Shown here: in pieces, positions 1 through 20,186 of the stretch | Numbering within the stretch: the first letter of the stretch is position 1 | Layout: each line of letters begins with the position of its first letter | Assembly: GCF_023055435.1 (NCBI RefSeq) | Contig: NW_025963891.1 | Span: 15,252,001-15,316,000, forward strand | DNA length: 64,000 nt | Reading direction: 5' to 3' | Origin: Haliotis rufescens | Taxonomy: Eukaryota | Program-made: the position numbers and the translations under genes | Notes under the pieces: generated by a model | Database searches by the model: none | What the model saw: only the letters and a program-made list of their open reading frames with translations | What the model was told of the DNA's origin: nothing

Positions 1-3000
1 GTTTGCACCTCAGTTCCGACTCAAGGCGGTTTTCTCGGCTACTGCGCAGAGTGATTTACATGTCACGTGTCAAGTACTCGGACTGTCAACAACTCCGACC
101 GGATTTAGGTCAACTTGCCATGTATTTCTACAGATTGGTTTCCATGTCTACCTGTACGCTTGGTGATACCACTCAACCAGGCGCCTGTCGCAGTCCATCC
201 ATGCACGGATGTTGGAAACAATAGACCTCCTCTACCAACACGGCTGTCACGAGGAACCTTGTTTCATCAACCCTTCGCTATAAGAACGATAGCGCCTATA
301 GGCATTCAAGGGATGGAAAAGATCGCCTTCCTTCGTCCGGTTTGATCTTTTCGACTACGACACCTTCCTATCTTCCGCCTTGACTACCGGACACAGTGTC
401 GATTTGATACTTAAAGTCCCTCGGCCGTCCCACTGACCCCTGTTGCATACCTGCCTCGTATCGTGTTGTCGTCCTCCATCGTCACCTCGATATAAGAACA
501 GGAGTACTTATACGCCGCTTCAGGGATGAAAGCGATCTCATTACTTCGTGCAATGGCCATATTGCCTCGACTTCCTACTACCCGGTTACGTCGATGCCCC
601 GGCGGTCGATTGTGAAGCTGGTTTACTTCGTCTACTTGAGGTTGGCTCGCAGGCGATCACACCTTTTTCCGAATCGTACCGACGGTACGCAATCGCAGAC
701 CCCTGTTGCTGACTACCTCCCCTGCCACCTTGTCAGTGGCTAGTGGCCCACGCCAGCCCACATTGTGACCACCTGTGATCCAGAGATCAACACCATAGGC
801 ACAGCAACAGCCTCGAGATAAATGCTTATCCAGGACGGCACTTGCTGACAGTGCATTCTCGGTCACGCCCTGTTGATCGTGTCCACTGACTACATCACCG
901 TAGTGTGGTGTTTGCGGACCCAGAGTTCTCGCCCCTCTCCCGGCGCTACAAACTCGACCGGCGCCCCCGAGAATCACAATCTTCGGCGTTCCAGGCGCCT
1001 CAAGCTCTCCGACGCCTCACGCTCTCCGGCGCCTCGGGCCAGACTATTTGAAACGGTCGACACCCCAAGGCTAGAACTGTTTGCATCATATCTGAATGTG
1101 GCCAGCAGTCGTCTTCCATTCCACCTGTGCCGGATACGACCACTGTGGCAGTCGAAGCCTTCCATCGTTCCTGAGAAGGCTTACGCGCGTACGCTTTTCC
1201 GACTCCGGTTCTCCCTCCCACGGTTCTTCAGAGATCCAGGCCACTCGACCCCTGCCATTGACTTTGGTCTCGCCTTATTGGTCAGCCAGAAGTTGGGTTA
1301 TCGACCTCCGAAACATAGCCAGAGACAACCCCTGGAACTTCCGGTGTGGTCCAACCACACGGTCTGTTGCCACACCCTCATACCCTCATGTTATCGTCTG
1401 CACGCCTGACACACATGCAGAAAGCCAAGGGCTATTCGGCTAGAGCGACCAAGGCTATTGCTTCAGCCCACCGTCCATCTACAGGGGGACTGTATGCTGA
1501 TAAATGATGCTTGTTCCAGGCATTTTGTTCTGACAAACACCAGGATCCGATGACAGCGTCACCGCAGATTCTGGATCAGTTCCTTCTGTACTTGTGTAGC
1601 ACCCGTCGGTTGAAGGGCTTACCACCCCCACATACCTGGTCGCCATCTACTCCGTTCTGGCCATCCCGGACGATCGGAGAAAGACGAAAATTCCCGACCT
1701 ACGGGCCTGGCTGCGCTCGTTCAGTCTTGAAGACCTGAATACCAAGTTCGGACCGCCTGCGTTGGATCTGAATGTGGTCTTCAACGCCCTTCGAACCACT
1801 CCCCTCGTCTTCCTTCTACGACCTTAAGTAGAAGACGGGTGTTTCTACTGGTTTTGACTACTGCCGCTCGAGTCCATGTACAGCACGCCCTCGACGTCTC
1901 CCATGCCCGGTTCGAATGCGGTACCCAGGGCACCGTTCATCATGGACCGTACTGGGACGTCAGCGTAAAGACTCAACTCCCAGGACAGCCTGATAGATCA
2001 TTCCTTGTCCCCTCCCCCCTCGTCCAGTGTGGGTGCCGAGGATGAGGATGAGCGTCATTATGCCCAGTAAGGGCACTGAAGGTTATTCTACGATCTAAAG
2101 ACTGCCGCAAGTCTAGGAAACACCTTTTTCTGCAGGTCTCCCCTTCGTCGCTGTCGTTGGTCAGCCGGAAAACTTTTCCCTGTGGCTCCGGGCGGTCATC
2201 CTTAAAGCGTATGAGCCGCCGGATTGGACCCTCCCCCCAAAGGCTATTACCTGAAAAAAAATGAGATCAGGGCGATCGTATTTACACTGGTTCTTCACGG
2301 TATACTGTTCCATCCCGTCGTTCAGGGAAGCCTGTTCGTGGCGATCGGACACCGCCTTCACCAACCACTACTTCCGTGATGTAGCCTTGAAAGTTGTCGC
2401 CGGCGTTCACAGTTTTGGTCCCTGGTTGTAGCCCAACAGGTCATCTATCTCCGACGCCACTGATTCTCCGATACCCTGAGTGGGGCCCGTCGACCTCTCT
2501 GGTGTTTATCACCCCAGACGAGACGGCTCTCTTGCGTTCCGCATTCGCTCTTAGGTCAGTTTTAGTTTTGGGTTACCCGACTCATTCTATTGCTGTCACC
2601 TATCCGGGTTTTACTTTTTGCATCAACTCTCGTTTCCTGACGACAGGAATGGTAGTAGATGTGGACACCGGCGCCGACGCCAACGCCGCTGCTTCTCTGA
2701 TACCTGAGCGGTGCCCGTCGACCTCCCCGGTGTTCCTTGCCTCCAGCCTAGAGGGCTCTCCTGCGTTTCGCATTCGCTCTTGGGATTGGTCGTAGATTTT
2801 GCCGCCGACGCCGCTGATTCTTCGATTCCCCGAGCGGGGCCCGTCGAACTCTCTGGTGTTTATCACCTCAGATTAGAGGGTTCTACTGCGTTTCGCTTTC
2901 GCTCTTCGGTAAGTTATATATTTTGGCTACACGCCTCATTGTATTTCGGTTACCTATTCGGGCGTTTCGTTTTTGCATCGACTCTTGTTTCCTGAAGACA

Positions 3001-3478
3001 GGAATGGTCGTAGATGTTCCGGTCATCACTTGTATGCGGTGCGGATTCATCGTACCTTGACGAGGGTTTAATATGGTTCACATCTGCAGGTATGCCCACC
3101 GGCCAAGCCGTCTGATAAAGATGCAATACGGAGTAATGCAGGATAAGTTAAAAAATTTAGTAAAATCTAAATATTTTTTACATTTGTATACTTATCCTGC
3201 ATTACGAAGTCTAAGTGCCCTCCCTTTCGCTACGCTACCTCCCCACGAAGTTTCAGATGTTATGTTTAAAGCAGTTATGTCTTTTGGTGTGACGTCATGA
3301 CTTCCGGGTCACGTGCCGACTGTGAGAGGGCGCTGCCTCCTGGGCTGGTTGGGACAACTTTCTTCAGCAGCTGGATCTCACACAGTTCGTCTCTCTGTCA
3401 AACATAGCAGTAAATGCAATACGGAGTAATGCAGGATAAGTATACAAATGTAAAAAATATTTAGATTTTACTAAAATT
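1..3478 (+). mobile_element. Decayed DIRS1-type tyrosine-recombinase retrotransposon (5' part outside window), in the SEC14L1-like intron
   Basis: GC-rich block with frameshifted DIRS motifs. MT-like domain: LELFASYLN (~1071), AYAYAFP (~1179), VSPYWSARSW (~1267). Tyrosine recombinase: VFLLVLTTAARV (~1839), CPVRAL (~2061), NEIRA (~2260), ACSWRSDTAFTNHYFRD (~2330-2380). Inverted match 3153-3205 vs 3426-3478 and direct match 3121-3147 vs 3414-3440 give the ICR/terminal-repeat geometry. No intact long ORF. Confidence 0.88.
2480..3015. repeat. Imperfect internal triplication in the DIRS 3' region
   Basis: GGGCCCGTCGACCTCTCTGGTGTTTATCACC-like and GCGTTTCGCATTCGCTCT blocks recur at ~2483, ~2711 and ~2837. 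TTTGCATC..CTC..GTTTCCTGA.GACAGGAATGGT.GTAGATGT recurs at ~2617 and ~2971. Confidence 0.7.
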
Positions 3479-3484
3479 GAGTAA

Positions 3485-10595
<7,111 letters not shown>

Positions 10596-12290
10596 TGAAG
10601 CGGCTGACGACATCGTCAGTCCCAGGGTGCTGCATGGGGGAAATCTCAGCTTTGTAGTCAGCTTTCATGTACTAACCTCGTATTGAAGTAGATTCAACTA
10701 TACCCAACAAATCCATGCATACCAAAAATTGTTTAATTCCAGATAATCAACAAGTAAATGTGAAACAAGTGAACATTTTTCTTCTTTCATATTGTCATTT
10801 CAATGACAAGTTCAGCATTAAAGGGAGATAACTCATGTAATTGATTTTGATGAAGTTCTGTGTTGGGTAATTTGAATCATTTGGTTTTAGATGCCAGGGT
10901 ATGCAGCATCTCCTTCAATACATATGCATACAAATATATCTCTGTCTGGTGTATTGTAGTATAATGTAGCATGCATGACAGTCCACCAGATAACTGTAGT
11001 ATTGTAGCTTTCATGGTGGTCCACCAGACTTTTGTAGCTGTACATCTCGTGCATGTCAGTGTTTGTTAGTGAAGGGTTCAAGAAGTAGATCAGTCTTGTT
11101 AATAAGCCCTAGCAATGGTTGGTAAGTCAGGATAGCACTACAATTAGCTGCTTTCCTGTTTTTGCAACGATCAGTGGTGTTCAAACTATAGAAGAATTAA
11201 CCCCCTGAACATTTGCACATTGAATTCTATTTTGTGTAACTATTATTTATTGTTGTTAACAATAGTGGTGAGTTATGAAAGATAACTGAAAGGTCACTGA
11301 AGATCATATATTGATATCGTAAAGAAACAATGGATTTGTCAACATGGATCTATGGCTTTAGTTACGTCTTTCCTGTGTATGATTAATACATCTGTATAAA
11401 GTTGATTTGAATTACCGATATTGTGGTTAATATTGTGAATTATGATTTCAGGAGGAATCACTTGTTAACAATACCGTTTCAGTAAGTCTCCCATGCAGTG
11501 ACATTTGTTTAACACTTTAGTTTTGGGCAGTCGACGAAATAATAGAGTAGATTTGATTTCTTTAACACCTTTGTGTACAGCAGGCATCCAGAATAACATG
11601 GCTGCATGTTGAGTTTTCTCCCTGCTCCCTCCACCATCTTCTCTCCTTGCTCTTGAGAAACTGGCACCTAGTTTCAGAGTAGTAGGGATTATCATTGCCA
11701 GTGAAAACAAGAAGTTGTATCATGACACACAGATGAAATAACTTTTTATTGTAATACCTGATAAAGTTTGACATGAAAAGTAAGCTTGCAGTTGGTCATG
11801 TGACCTTTACAGAGTAAGAAAATGACTTAAATTTATGCATTAGTATCTTCTGCCTATAAAAATAGTAACATTTCAAACACTTTTCGTCCAACTGAAATGA
11901 TTAAGCAATGACTGAGTAAGCTTGCCCCTCTAACTATATATAGAAACATTAAAACCGTTGTCAGTGACTATCCAGACTTTTTGATCTGTGGATGTACTTG
12001 GGTAATATTTTACATCTTTCATCAAGCATACATCTAGAACTTTTACTGTGATATTTCTGTTTACCTCAGTACAGCATGATACTGGGTATATGTAGCGGTT
12101 TCATACTGTCATCTTTTGTGTGTGTGCTTATTAATATCTTTGTATATATGTGTACACTAAAATATTTTGTGTGTTGTGTAAATATTTTCTTGTTTTCTCT
12201 CTTTTGTACCCCTTTTGTTTCTGTCTTATCTTGATCAAGCCATGTGAAGGTATTTATATTAAATACATATTTATATTTGGATTGGTAAAC

Positions 12291-12546
12291 ACCCGTGAAG
12301 ATCCGGGATAGAATAGGTCTTCATCAACCCATGCTTGTCGTAAGAGGCGACTAACCATGCTAACGGGATCGATTGGTCAGGCTTGCTGACTTTGTTGATG
12401 CATGTCATCATATCCCAGTTGCATGGATTGATGCTCATGCAATCAATCACTGGATTGTTTGGTCTGGACTCGATTATTTACAGACTGCCGTCATATAGCT
12501 GGAATATTGCTGAGTGCGGCGTAAAACAACAAACAAACAAACAAAA
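12291..12546 (+). mobile_element. SINE family A (non-tRNA structured head, (AAAC)n tail)
   Basis: Starts ACCCGTGAAGATCCGGG.TAGAATAGGTCTTCA and ends GCTGGAATATTGCTGAGTGCGGCGTAAAACAACAAACAAAC. At least 13 copies or fragments in the window. Confidence 0.85.
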
Positions 12547-12967
12547 TGGATGGCTAAACACTGATTCTTTGTGAGACATCAGTGCTTGAATTGGCCAGCT
12601 AGGGAAACATGTCTTTTAATGGCACTGGAGTCCAAGGTGAGTCTTTGTGCTGCAATTTTCTGTGAAGAGTTATCTGCCTTTGCCACCAGGATCTGCTGGT
12701 TTGGGGTTTGGATCCCAGGTTCACCCTGATTATGAACCTTGGTTTGTCAGCACCTTACCTATGCCCATGTTTTTCACCCAATTGGTAAGTGGCACCGGCA
12801 TGTGAGTTTACTCTCACGTGGAGCCGACATGCCAAGATACGAATGAAACAGTTTTAGAATAATGTTGAAACTCATTACTAGAAAATTGACTCTCTGTCAG
12901 CTGTAGAAAATGATCCCGTGGTTTTGGTTCTTTGGTAATGTTGAACTGTGTCTTTTTATCAACCCTA

Positions 12968-13204
12968 CCCTTGAAGATAGGGATTGAATAGGTCTTCATC
13001 AACCCATGTTTGGCATAAAAGGCGACTAACGGGATTGGCTGGTCAGACTCACTGACTTGGTAGATGCTTATCATTGTATCCCAATGACGTAGATCGATGC
13101 TCATGATGTCAATCACTGGATTGTCTGACCTAGACTTGATTGTTTACAGACCACAATCATATAGCTGGAATATTGCTGAGTGCAGTGTTAAACAATAACA
13201 ACAA
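12968..13204 (+). mobile_element. SINE family A copy
   Basis: Homologous to 12291-12546. Confidence 0.8.
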
Positions 13205-13361
13205 CTCTATCAACCCAAACTTAATAGGTCAAATGTTGTACAATATTGATCTTATCGTCTACACTTTCAGTTCAAACAAGTCCATGAACTCTTTTAATTG
13301 AGTGGAATATCCTGTATATATTATACATGTATGTATATATATGTAAATAAGAAATCAGAAT

Positions 13362-13367
13362 AATAAA
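13362..13367 (+). terminator. Candidate proximal poly(A) signal of the SEC14L1-like gene
   Basis: AATAAA followed ~15 nt later by GT-rich TTGTTTTGTTTGCGT. Confidence 0.45.
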
Positions 13368-13680
13368 CAAAAAAGGTAGAAATTGTTTTGTTTGCGTCAT
13401 GATTATGATACCCAAACTGTCAACACCAGGGACAACCATGATTCAGGAAGATGTAGCACCGTCATGTGATAAGGAATCTACAATTTATTGAAATGTTGAG
13501 AGAAGATCATGCTTGGTATAAGTCATCATATGTTTGCTGACCATGGCCTAGTATGACTATACTGCCCTTGATTTGTGTCCTCTGCATGATAGCACTGCAT
13601 GACTACTATAGCAGATTGACCACCTTCTCCCCAACTGTAGCTGTCCTCATGACCTTGTGCAGGCGCTCTGTGTCCTCTAG

Positions 13681-14027
13681 AGATCTTTCGCTCTCTCTTT
13701 TCTCTCCTCACTCTACTCTACTGGTAAGTTTCTGAATGTGACATTAATTGCATCAATGTTTTATTTCAGTTATTATATTTGTCAAAGGATCCAGGATTTT
13801 TGTTTTATAATATGAAAATGTTTTCATAATCTATGACTATTGCCTTTCCCATCATACCTAGTCCACTGAGCAATGGGATTTTATGATGACATGACAAAGA
13901 ACCAGAAAGATTTCCAAGTGAATGAATCCCCAACAAATAGGATGCAAAACAGGAAGGTATGATCTGGTTGGAGCTGAGTACTGATGACCTGTGTCTGTTT
14001 CAGAATCCGGAGATGACGACAAGCTGA
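13681..14027 (+). CDS. Putative alternative terminal exons of the SEC14L1-like gene (13681-13723 and 14004-14027)
   Basis: Acceptor TGTGTCCTCTAG|A, donor CTG|GTAAGT at 13723, acceptor TCTGTTTCAG|AAT at 14004. Phases fit a phase-2 upstream donor, giving R-DLSLSLFSPHSTLL-NPEMTTS*. Confidence 0.5.
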
Positions 14028-14537
14028 CGAGCAGGAGGTGGACACAGCATAGGACGAAAGAGCATTTAGTGTCAGTCGACCAAGCAGCCAACGCACAGTC
14101 CGTGACATGACCCCTTGGGCTTGTTACAGTATTGGACAGTAGTAGCATTACAATCAGGGAACTTCCATGTCTAACTTCCTCCCCTTCTAACTCAGTCCTC
14201 CCTCCCAACCTCAGCACATATCAGTGTTTCACGTCAGCGCAGGTTTTACGGTCTGTTTCAGTTGTCTTGGGATTTGGGTTTTGTTTGTTGTTTAACACCA
14301 CATTCAGCAATATTCCAGATTTATAGAATTTGTGGCAATCATCAATGTGACTCTAATATGCAAGCATGTTAAATCTGTTAGTTAATGCTTTTGAACAATC
14401 AAACAAGTATTAAGATACATTTATGTATGTTCGAGACATACTAGGTCATGATAAGGTTCAAAGCAAAAATAAGAAAATGAACATAAGGCTTCATCATTGT
14501 CAAAGATTTGTTCCCCAAGACAACTTAATAAAAAATC

Positions 14538-14793
14538 AGATCCGAGGTAGAATAGGTCTTCAGCAACCCATGCTTGCCCTAAAAGGCCACTATGTTTGTT
14601 GTAAGAGGCGACTAACAGGATCAAATGGTCGGGATCACTGACTTGGTTGATGCATGTCATCGTATCCCAATTGCGTGGATCGATGCTTATGCCATCAATC
14701 ACTGGATTGTCTGGCCCAGATTAGATTTTTTACATACAGCCGTCATATAGCTGGAATATTGCTGAGCTCGGCGTTAAACAACAAACAAACAAA
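14538..14793 (+). mobile_element. SINE family A copy
   Basis: Homologous head (5' few bases missing), body and AAAC tail. Confidence 0.8.
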
Positions 14794-16167
14794 ATAATTC
14801 ATGCTAAGGTAGCTGTGCATAAGGCACCTATGGATTGATACAAATTGTCTGAAGCACAGGTTTCCGTCTCCTACAGACTTTGACCAGAGTTTGCTGTCAC
14901 TTAGGAGATGAACATACTGTTTTTTTGCATGTAGCGCTGGGTTACTGTGGATTTTAATTTTGAATCTCAGTGCTCATTTAAACCAGATCCTCATGCTCAC
15001 TACCGCTACACAATGTAGCAGTAGCGAGCACTAAGATCTGATTTTAAAAACATTGGAATTTTGAACCTAACATGCAGAACAGAAATGTGTGTATCATTAT
15101 GAATGTGTACGTAGAGTCATGTTCCACATCGAGACATCTTCGTTTGTGATGTCCAGATTCCATAGACATATCACCTGATATTTTACACACAGCCAGTGAT
15201 TTTTGACTTGCCATATGTATTTCTCGCCGTTTAGAACAATTATGGGGTTCAGAAGATTTTGAACTGAGTAGATTTGTGTTGACTCCTGTCTTCGTTTGAT
15301 TGGCAGCAGTATTTACTTACATTGCCGTGTCATCAGTTTGTGAAATAACTTATTTACACCTTGTGGGTTTGTCTGGAGTGTATTTTGTCAGTATGGTGTA
15401 ATGAAAGGTGATGGACGAGGATTTTTGCATGCAAATACATAAACTCAATTGCCATCTAGAGTTTGCTCAATGAACAATTTGACTCTGGAAACAGATGGTG
15501 AATCTCAACACTAACATTTTAGTGGTTTTCCTAGTTTGTTGCTGGTGCATGTCTGAAGCTTTCCTAGGTCAGTCACTATGGCTGTTCTAGCATCATGTGC
15601 CCCTGTATTTCAGAGATCTTCATGTTTGAGTATCTTGTGTATGGGCCAGATTGTACATTTACAGGATTTTCAGTTTTCATCTACGTGTATTCTTCACATT
15701 CTTATGGAACAATTTGACATTCTGAGACCTTGGCAGAAAAAGGAATAATGGCATGGAAATTTACTCAGTTTCACAATTTACCAGTATGATTTGTGGATTA
15801 GTGTCAGTTGGCTCTGTGGTCTAAGGTGCAGAATTTGTATGTGCACAGTTGCTTCCCTTAGCCTATCCAGGATGTGCTGATTGTGATAAACATCTATGAC
15901 CTGCATCACTTTTGGTTTTCCCACAATGAATGAAATGCTTTACTTTGATTGGTGAGTTCCATACTAAAACTGCTAATATGCGTAGTGAAAACAAAGAAGT
16001 AGACATGATAGAAGAGAAAAGTTGTGGGAAATTATCTTGTCGTTCATCCTACAGATCTCTATTTACATTGTGACACAATTATTTTATTGTGTTAAACTGA
16101 ACCAATTGAACCAACCATGAAATTAACCTGAAACAGTGGCAGTGCCTTCAGTTGTCATTATGGTGAG

Positions 16168-16466
16168 GGGGCACGGGTGGCCCAGTTGTCTAAGGAGCCG
16201 CGATTTGCTGTGCAGAGTTGCGTCCCTTGGACACGCCAGAAACCTATGATTGTGGGTTCGAATCACGGTTCACCCCGATTATGTTTCTAGGTTTGTCAGC
16301 ACCATACCTGTGCTCGTAGGTTTCACCGAAGTGGTAAACGTCAGAGACCTGCATCACTTCGGGCTTTCCTCCCACAATAAGCTGACATCACGTGAAGCTG
16401 GAATACTGTTAAAACCCAACTCACTCACTCACTCACTCACTCACTCACTCACTCACTCACTCACTC
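16168..16466 (+). mobile_element. SINE family C (tRNA-Leu-like head, V-domain-like core, (CACT)n tail)
   Basis: A-box GGTGGCCCAG..GTCTAAGG, B-box GTGGGTTCGAATC, core GGCTTTCCTCCCAC, ACTC tail. Other copies at 22847-23126 (-) and 41228-41450 (-), with degenerate pieces at ~12700-12770 and ~60860-60985. Confidence 0.8.
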
Positions 16467-17073
16467 ATTATGGTGTTGTCAGCAGCAGTCAAGCATTCAA
16501 CAGCGCTGATGGCTATTTCCAGGAAACACTTGTTTCTTCATTTCCTCTTTGTTTAAGGTGTTTCCTTATTTGTATCATTGAGATCTTGGTAGGAGCACTT
16601 AGACTACAGAGTCATCATCTGTTTATGCATAATTGGATTCTATAACTAAGAGTTTTTCAATGTCTTTGAATGTCTATTGGGATTTGGAAACATATCAGAA
16701 GTTATTCAAGGGGTGTTTTTTGTGATCACAGGTCCGGTATATATGTTACAAAAAGGAGTATTATTTATACTAGATATTATGTTTAAGAAATAGCCAGTGA
16801 ATAAATGAAAGCTGGTGACAAAATATTTTATCACCAATTAAGTAAGGATATTTGTTACTACTTGATAGCTAAGTGCTATCAGATATGTTTTTTTATGTTG
16901 TATTTTATCTTGTTTCTTGCTTTTGATGACATTTATCTTGTTTGTCCTGATAATGATTAGTTTTTTTCTTGTGTTTTAACTACTAAGGCAATATTTATCA
17001 TGTTTATGAAGTTCTTGTTTTCTCCAAGATGGTTTTATTTCATTATTACCCAATCTCTTTTTTCACATTTTAC

Positions 17074-17083
17074 AATAAATAAA
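17074..17083 (+). terminator. Candidate distal poly(A) signal of the SEC14L1-like gene
   Basis: Overlapping AATAAATAAA at the end of a long T-rich UTR-like tract. Another AATAAA at 17959. Confidence 0.4.
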
Positions 17084-18068
17084 AGTTTTTTGGCTTAAAT
17101 ATTGTAATTTTAAATAACACCATCATGCCTTTGTTTTGAATTTATCTTTTTTTAATTCTTTGGTATAAGTTGTTTGTCATTATTCAATTTCTATCTTTAA
17201 TATATCATTAGCATGTTGTGCAGAGATTGAATCAGTATCAGCATTATTCAAGGACAGTGATCATGACACTAATGTGAGAATTGAGTATATATGATGTACG
17301 TGTTACTTGGTAAAAAAAATACAAAAGAACATAGAAAGTAGTAGATAGTAGCAGAGTTTAATCAGCCAGTTGGAATTGTCATTTGTGCTTTTAGACATGA
17401 CAAGTGCAATATACTTCACTGCCAGTTAACTGAAGTGGTAAGGTAAAGGCATGAAATGTGTTTCCTAGAGAGCATTATCCTGATTTGTCATGTTTGATCT
17501 TAGGGATTGCAACTCCATGTCCTGCAGAATGTTATTTCCATTTCTTTGAAGGAGTTGGTGTAATGATACTAACAATTCTACATACACTGTTACCCCTCGG
17601 GTTGCTGGTTTTGTTTGTCGCGTGGATAATTCATTTTCAATTCCTTCTTACAGAACTCATCTTTTGTCCCTCTCAAATTCATCTATTATGTTGAAAAGTT
17701 GATTGTAAAAAAAAATCTTACGAAGTCGTTTCTCAGGTTTATTTTGCACAAAGTTAGCATAACAATCTTTCTAAGTTAAGAATGAAAGTGATATGGATGC
17801 TTATGAAGTACCAGCGTATTCAAATTCAACGTCAGGGGATTCTAGTCACTAGAACAGGTGAATCTCTTCAACCCTTCAACTTACTGGCCTCCACGTGTTT
17901 ATGTACAAAGTACCTCTGGAAGGTACATTGTTACGATTGTTATGGTTAAATATCCTGAAATAAACATTTTTGGAATAACTACAATTTTGTCATTTGTGAA
18001 AATGAGTGTTTTCTATGTAAAGCAATCAGCAAATTGACTTGCCGCATCTTCTCTTTACCTGTGTCTGG

Positions 18069-18372
18069 ACCTGTGAAGATCCGGGGTAGAATAGGTCTTG
18101 AGCAACCCATGCTTGCCGTAGGAGGCGACTAACGGGAACGGGTGGTCAGGCTCATTGACTTGGTCATCATATTCCAACAGGGGCGGTTGGGTAGCCTAGT
18201 GGTTAAAGCGTTCGCTCGTCACGCCGAAAACCCTGGTTCGAATCCCGACATGGGTAATGGTGAAGCCCATTTCTGGTGTCCCCCGCCGTGATATTGCTAA
18301 AAGTGGCGTAAAATCATGCTCGCTCACTCACTCACATTCCATATTGCTGAGTGCAGCGTTAAACAACAAACA
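18069..18372 (+). mobile_element. SINE family A copy interrupted by a tRNA-derived SINE family B copy (18180-18335)
   Basis: A head at 18069-18175 and A tail at 18336-18372. The insert has A-box GGTAGCCTAGTGGTTAAAGCG, B-box GGTTCGAATCCC and a CACT tail. Confidence 0.8.
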
Positions 18373-19040
18373 GGTTGATTTTGTGTTTGAAAGCTTGAGT
18401 GATTGTGTCCTTGTTAACACTACACGGTTGTTCAGGTTAAGGAGAATATTGTTTTTCCCACACTGCAAGAACCAGGTAGCACTAGCATTTACCAAGTACA
18501 AGCAAAACAGTGAATGCCTATTAACAACTAGAGCAGCTGCAATCCATTTTTCTCCATAGATAATGGAAAGTACCTGGGAAACTGCTGCATCCACAAAATT
18601 CAACAACAGCTGTATGCATTCATAAACAGGAAATTGTCCACCTTGATATTCCAATTTTCAAAATGATCATTTGATAATATTGCAGCCAGCCTTACTTGCT
18701 GTACATACATGACAGATATAGTTACTGTTTCAACCCTATTTATGCTTTAACTAAAGACATGCATTGTTTCTTAATTACAGATTTTATCAAACTCAATTCA
18801 CTATCTGCCACACATTGCATCATATATGACAAATAACAAAAAGAAATAATCATGATCAGTAAAAAAGAAAGATCACATCTATCCGCTATTTCCATACAAG
18901 CAGATAGCCTCAACTGCATACAACAACCAGCTAAACAAGGACATTAACAACTACAGGTTGCATTACAAATTGTACATTAGTTTTCAGAGGTCTGGTTGTT
19001 GTACTTTTCTATTGTGTTGAGTCATGTACATAATTCTGCA

Positions 19041-19283
19041 ACCCTGTGAAGATCCGGGGTAGAATAGGTCTTCAACAACCCATACTTGCAGTAAAAGGTG
19101 ACAATGCTTGTCGTAAGAGGCGACTAACGGGATCGGGTGATCAGGCTCGCTGACTTGGTTGATACATGTCATTGTATCCCAATTGCGTGGATTGATACTC
19201 ATGGTGTCAAACTCGATTATTTACACAGACCGCCATCATATAGCTGGAATAGCTGGAGTGCAGCATTAAACAACAAACAAACA
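19041..19283 (+). mobile_element. SINE family A copy
   Basis: Homologous head and tail, with an internal deletion. Confidence 0.8.
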
Positions 19284-19418
19284 TAATTCTGCAGGTCCTA
19301 CAAATATGCTCCATGATGACCAAACGGGAACACCTGTTGATGGACTCTATTCTTTGTACATTACCGTGATGTGCCAACTTAAAATAATCCAAAATAACAA
19401 GGAAGTATATGTAAATTA

Positions 19419-19424
19419 TTTATT
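19419..19424 (-). terminator. Candidate poly(A) signal of the dynein gene
   Basis: TTTATT on + (AATAAA on -), ~760 nt past the stop codon. Confidence 0.45.
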
Positions 19425-20186
19425 CAGTATAAATATAACAAGGCAATAATTGTTTGAATGGTTTTCATATCCAAACAATAACAGTTGGAATGAATCAAAA
19501 TAACATCACAAACTGTAGAAATAAATACAAGTACAACAGCAGATGAATGGACGGATGCTGGTCTTTCAGGAAAACATTCAATATTTTATCAACAAAAATA
19601 TATTCAGTGATACAACTACTATATCAATATTCACCAAGACTTCCATATTTAATGCTGATTTTATAAACGTGAAACTTTTAAGATAATTGCAATTTATTTT
19701 TCACATTGAATTTCTTTTTGGATAGAGTTCTTCAATTTTGTGACAAGTAAATGACGAGACTTGGAAGTTTGAGTTATTTCATTATGTAGAACATTGCTAA
19801 CAAATATACAAACTGTGTAGAGATTTTAAACAAACATTTCAAAAGCAAACACTGCTGTAATGTCATTAGCTATGGCAACAAGAAGTCGAATAATGCTTGC
19901 CAATCAGAACTCATAATAACAATGAACTATCTTGACTAGCATATTGATACTTTTAAACATTAAACATGAAGACATTTCTTAATACTTTTTGATTTGGGAA
20001 GAAAATCAGGTGTAGCATGTTGGCATTTGGATGCAATGATTTTTACACATGAAATTGGATTCGATTTTCTTGAACAAGGTTTTTGCATGTAAAAATAGTG
20101 ATTCATGACACTCACTGTAATTTTGTCATGTTATTTGCCACACATCTATGATTCGAAACTATCCAGATTCAGAATGTATTTCTTCT

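Noticed and set aside
873-2995. Intact DIRS genes or a domesticated recombinase
   Set aside because: Motifs are scattered over different frames with stops, and the catalytic RT motif is not recognisable.
18180-18255. tRNA genes at SINE heads (also 23284, 38092, 47069, 50663, 16168)
   Set aside because: A/B boxes are present, but the cloverleafs are degenerate and each continues into a shared SINE body and tail.
19867-19880. X-box-like GCTATGGCAAC in the dynein 3' UTR, and TTGCCATGGAAAC at ~45147
   Set aside because: The first is far from any start site and the second lies within a repeat element, so both are likely incidental.
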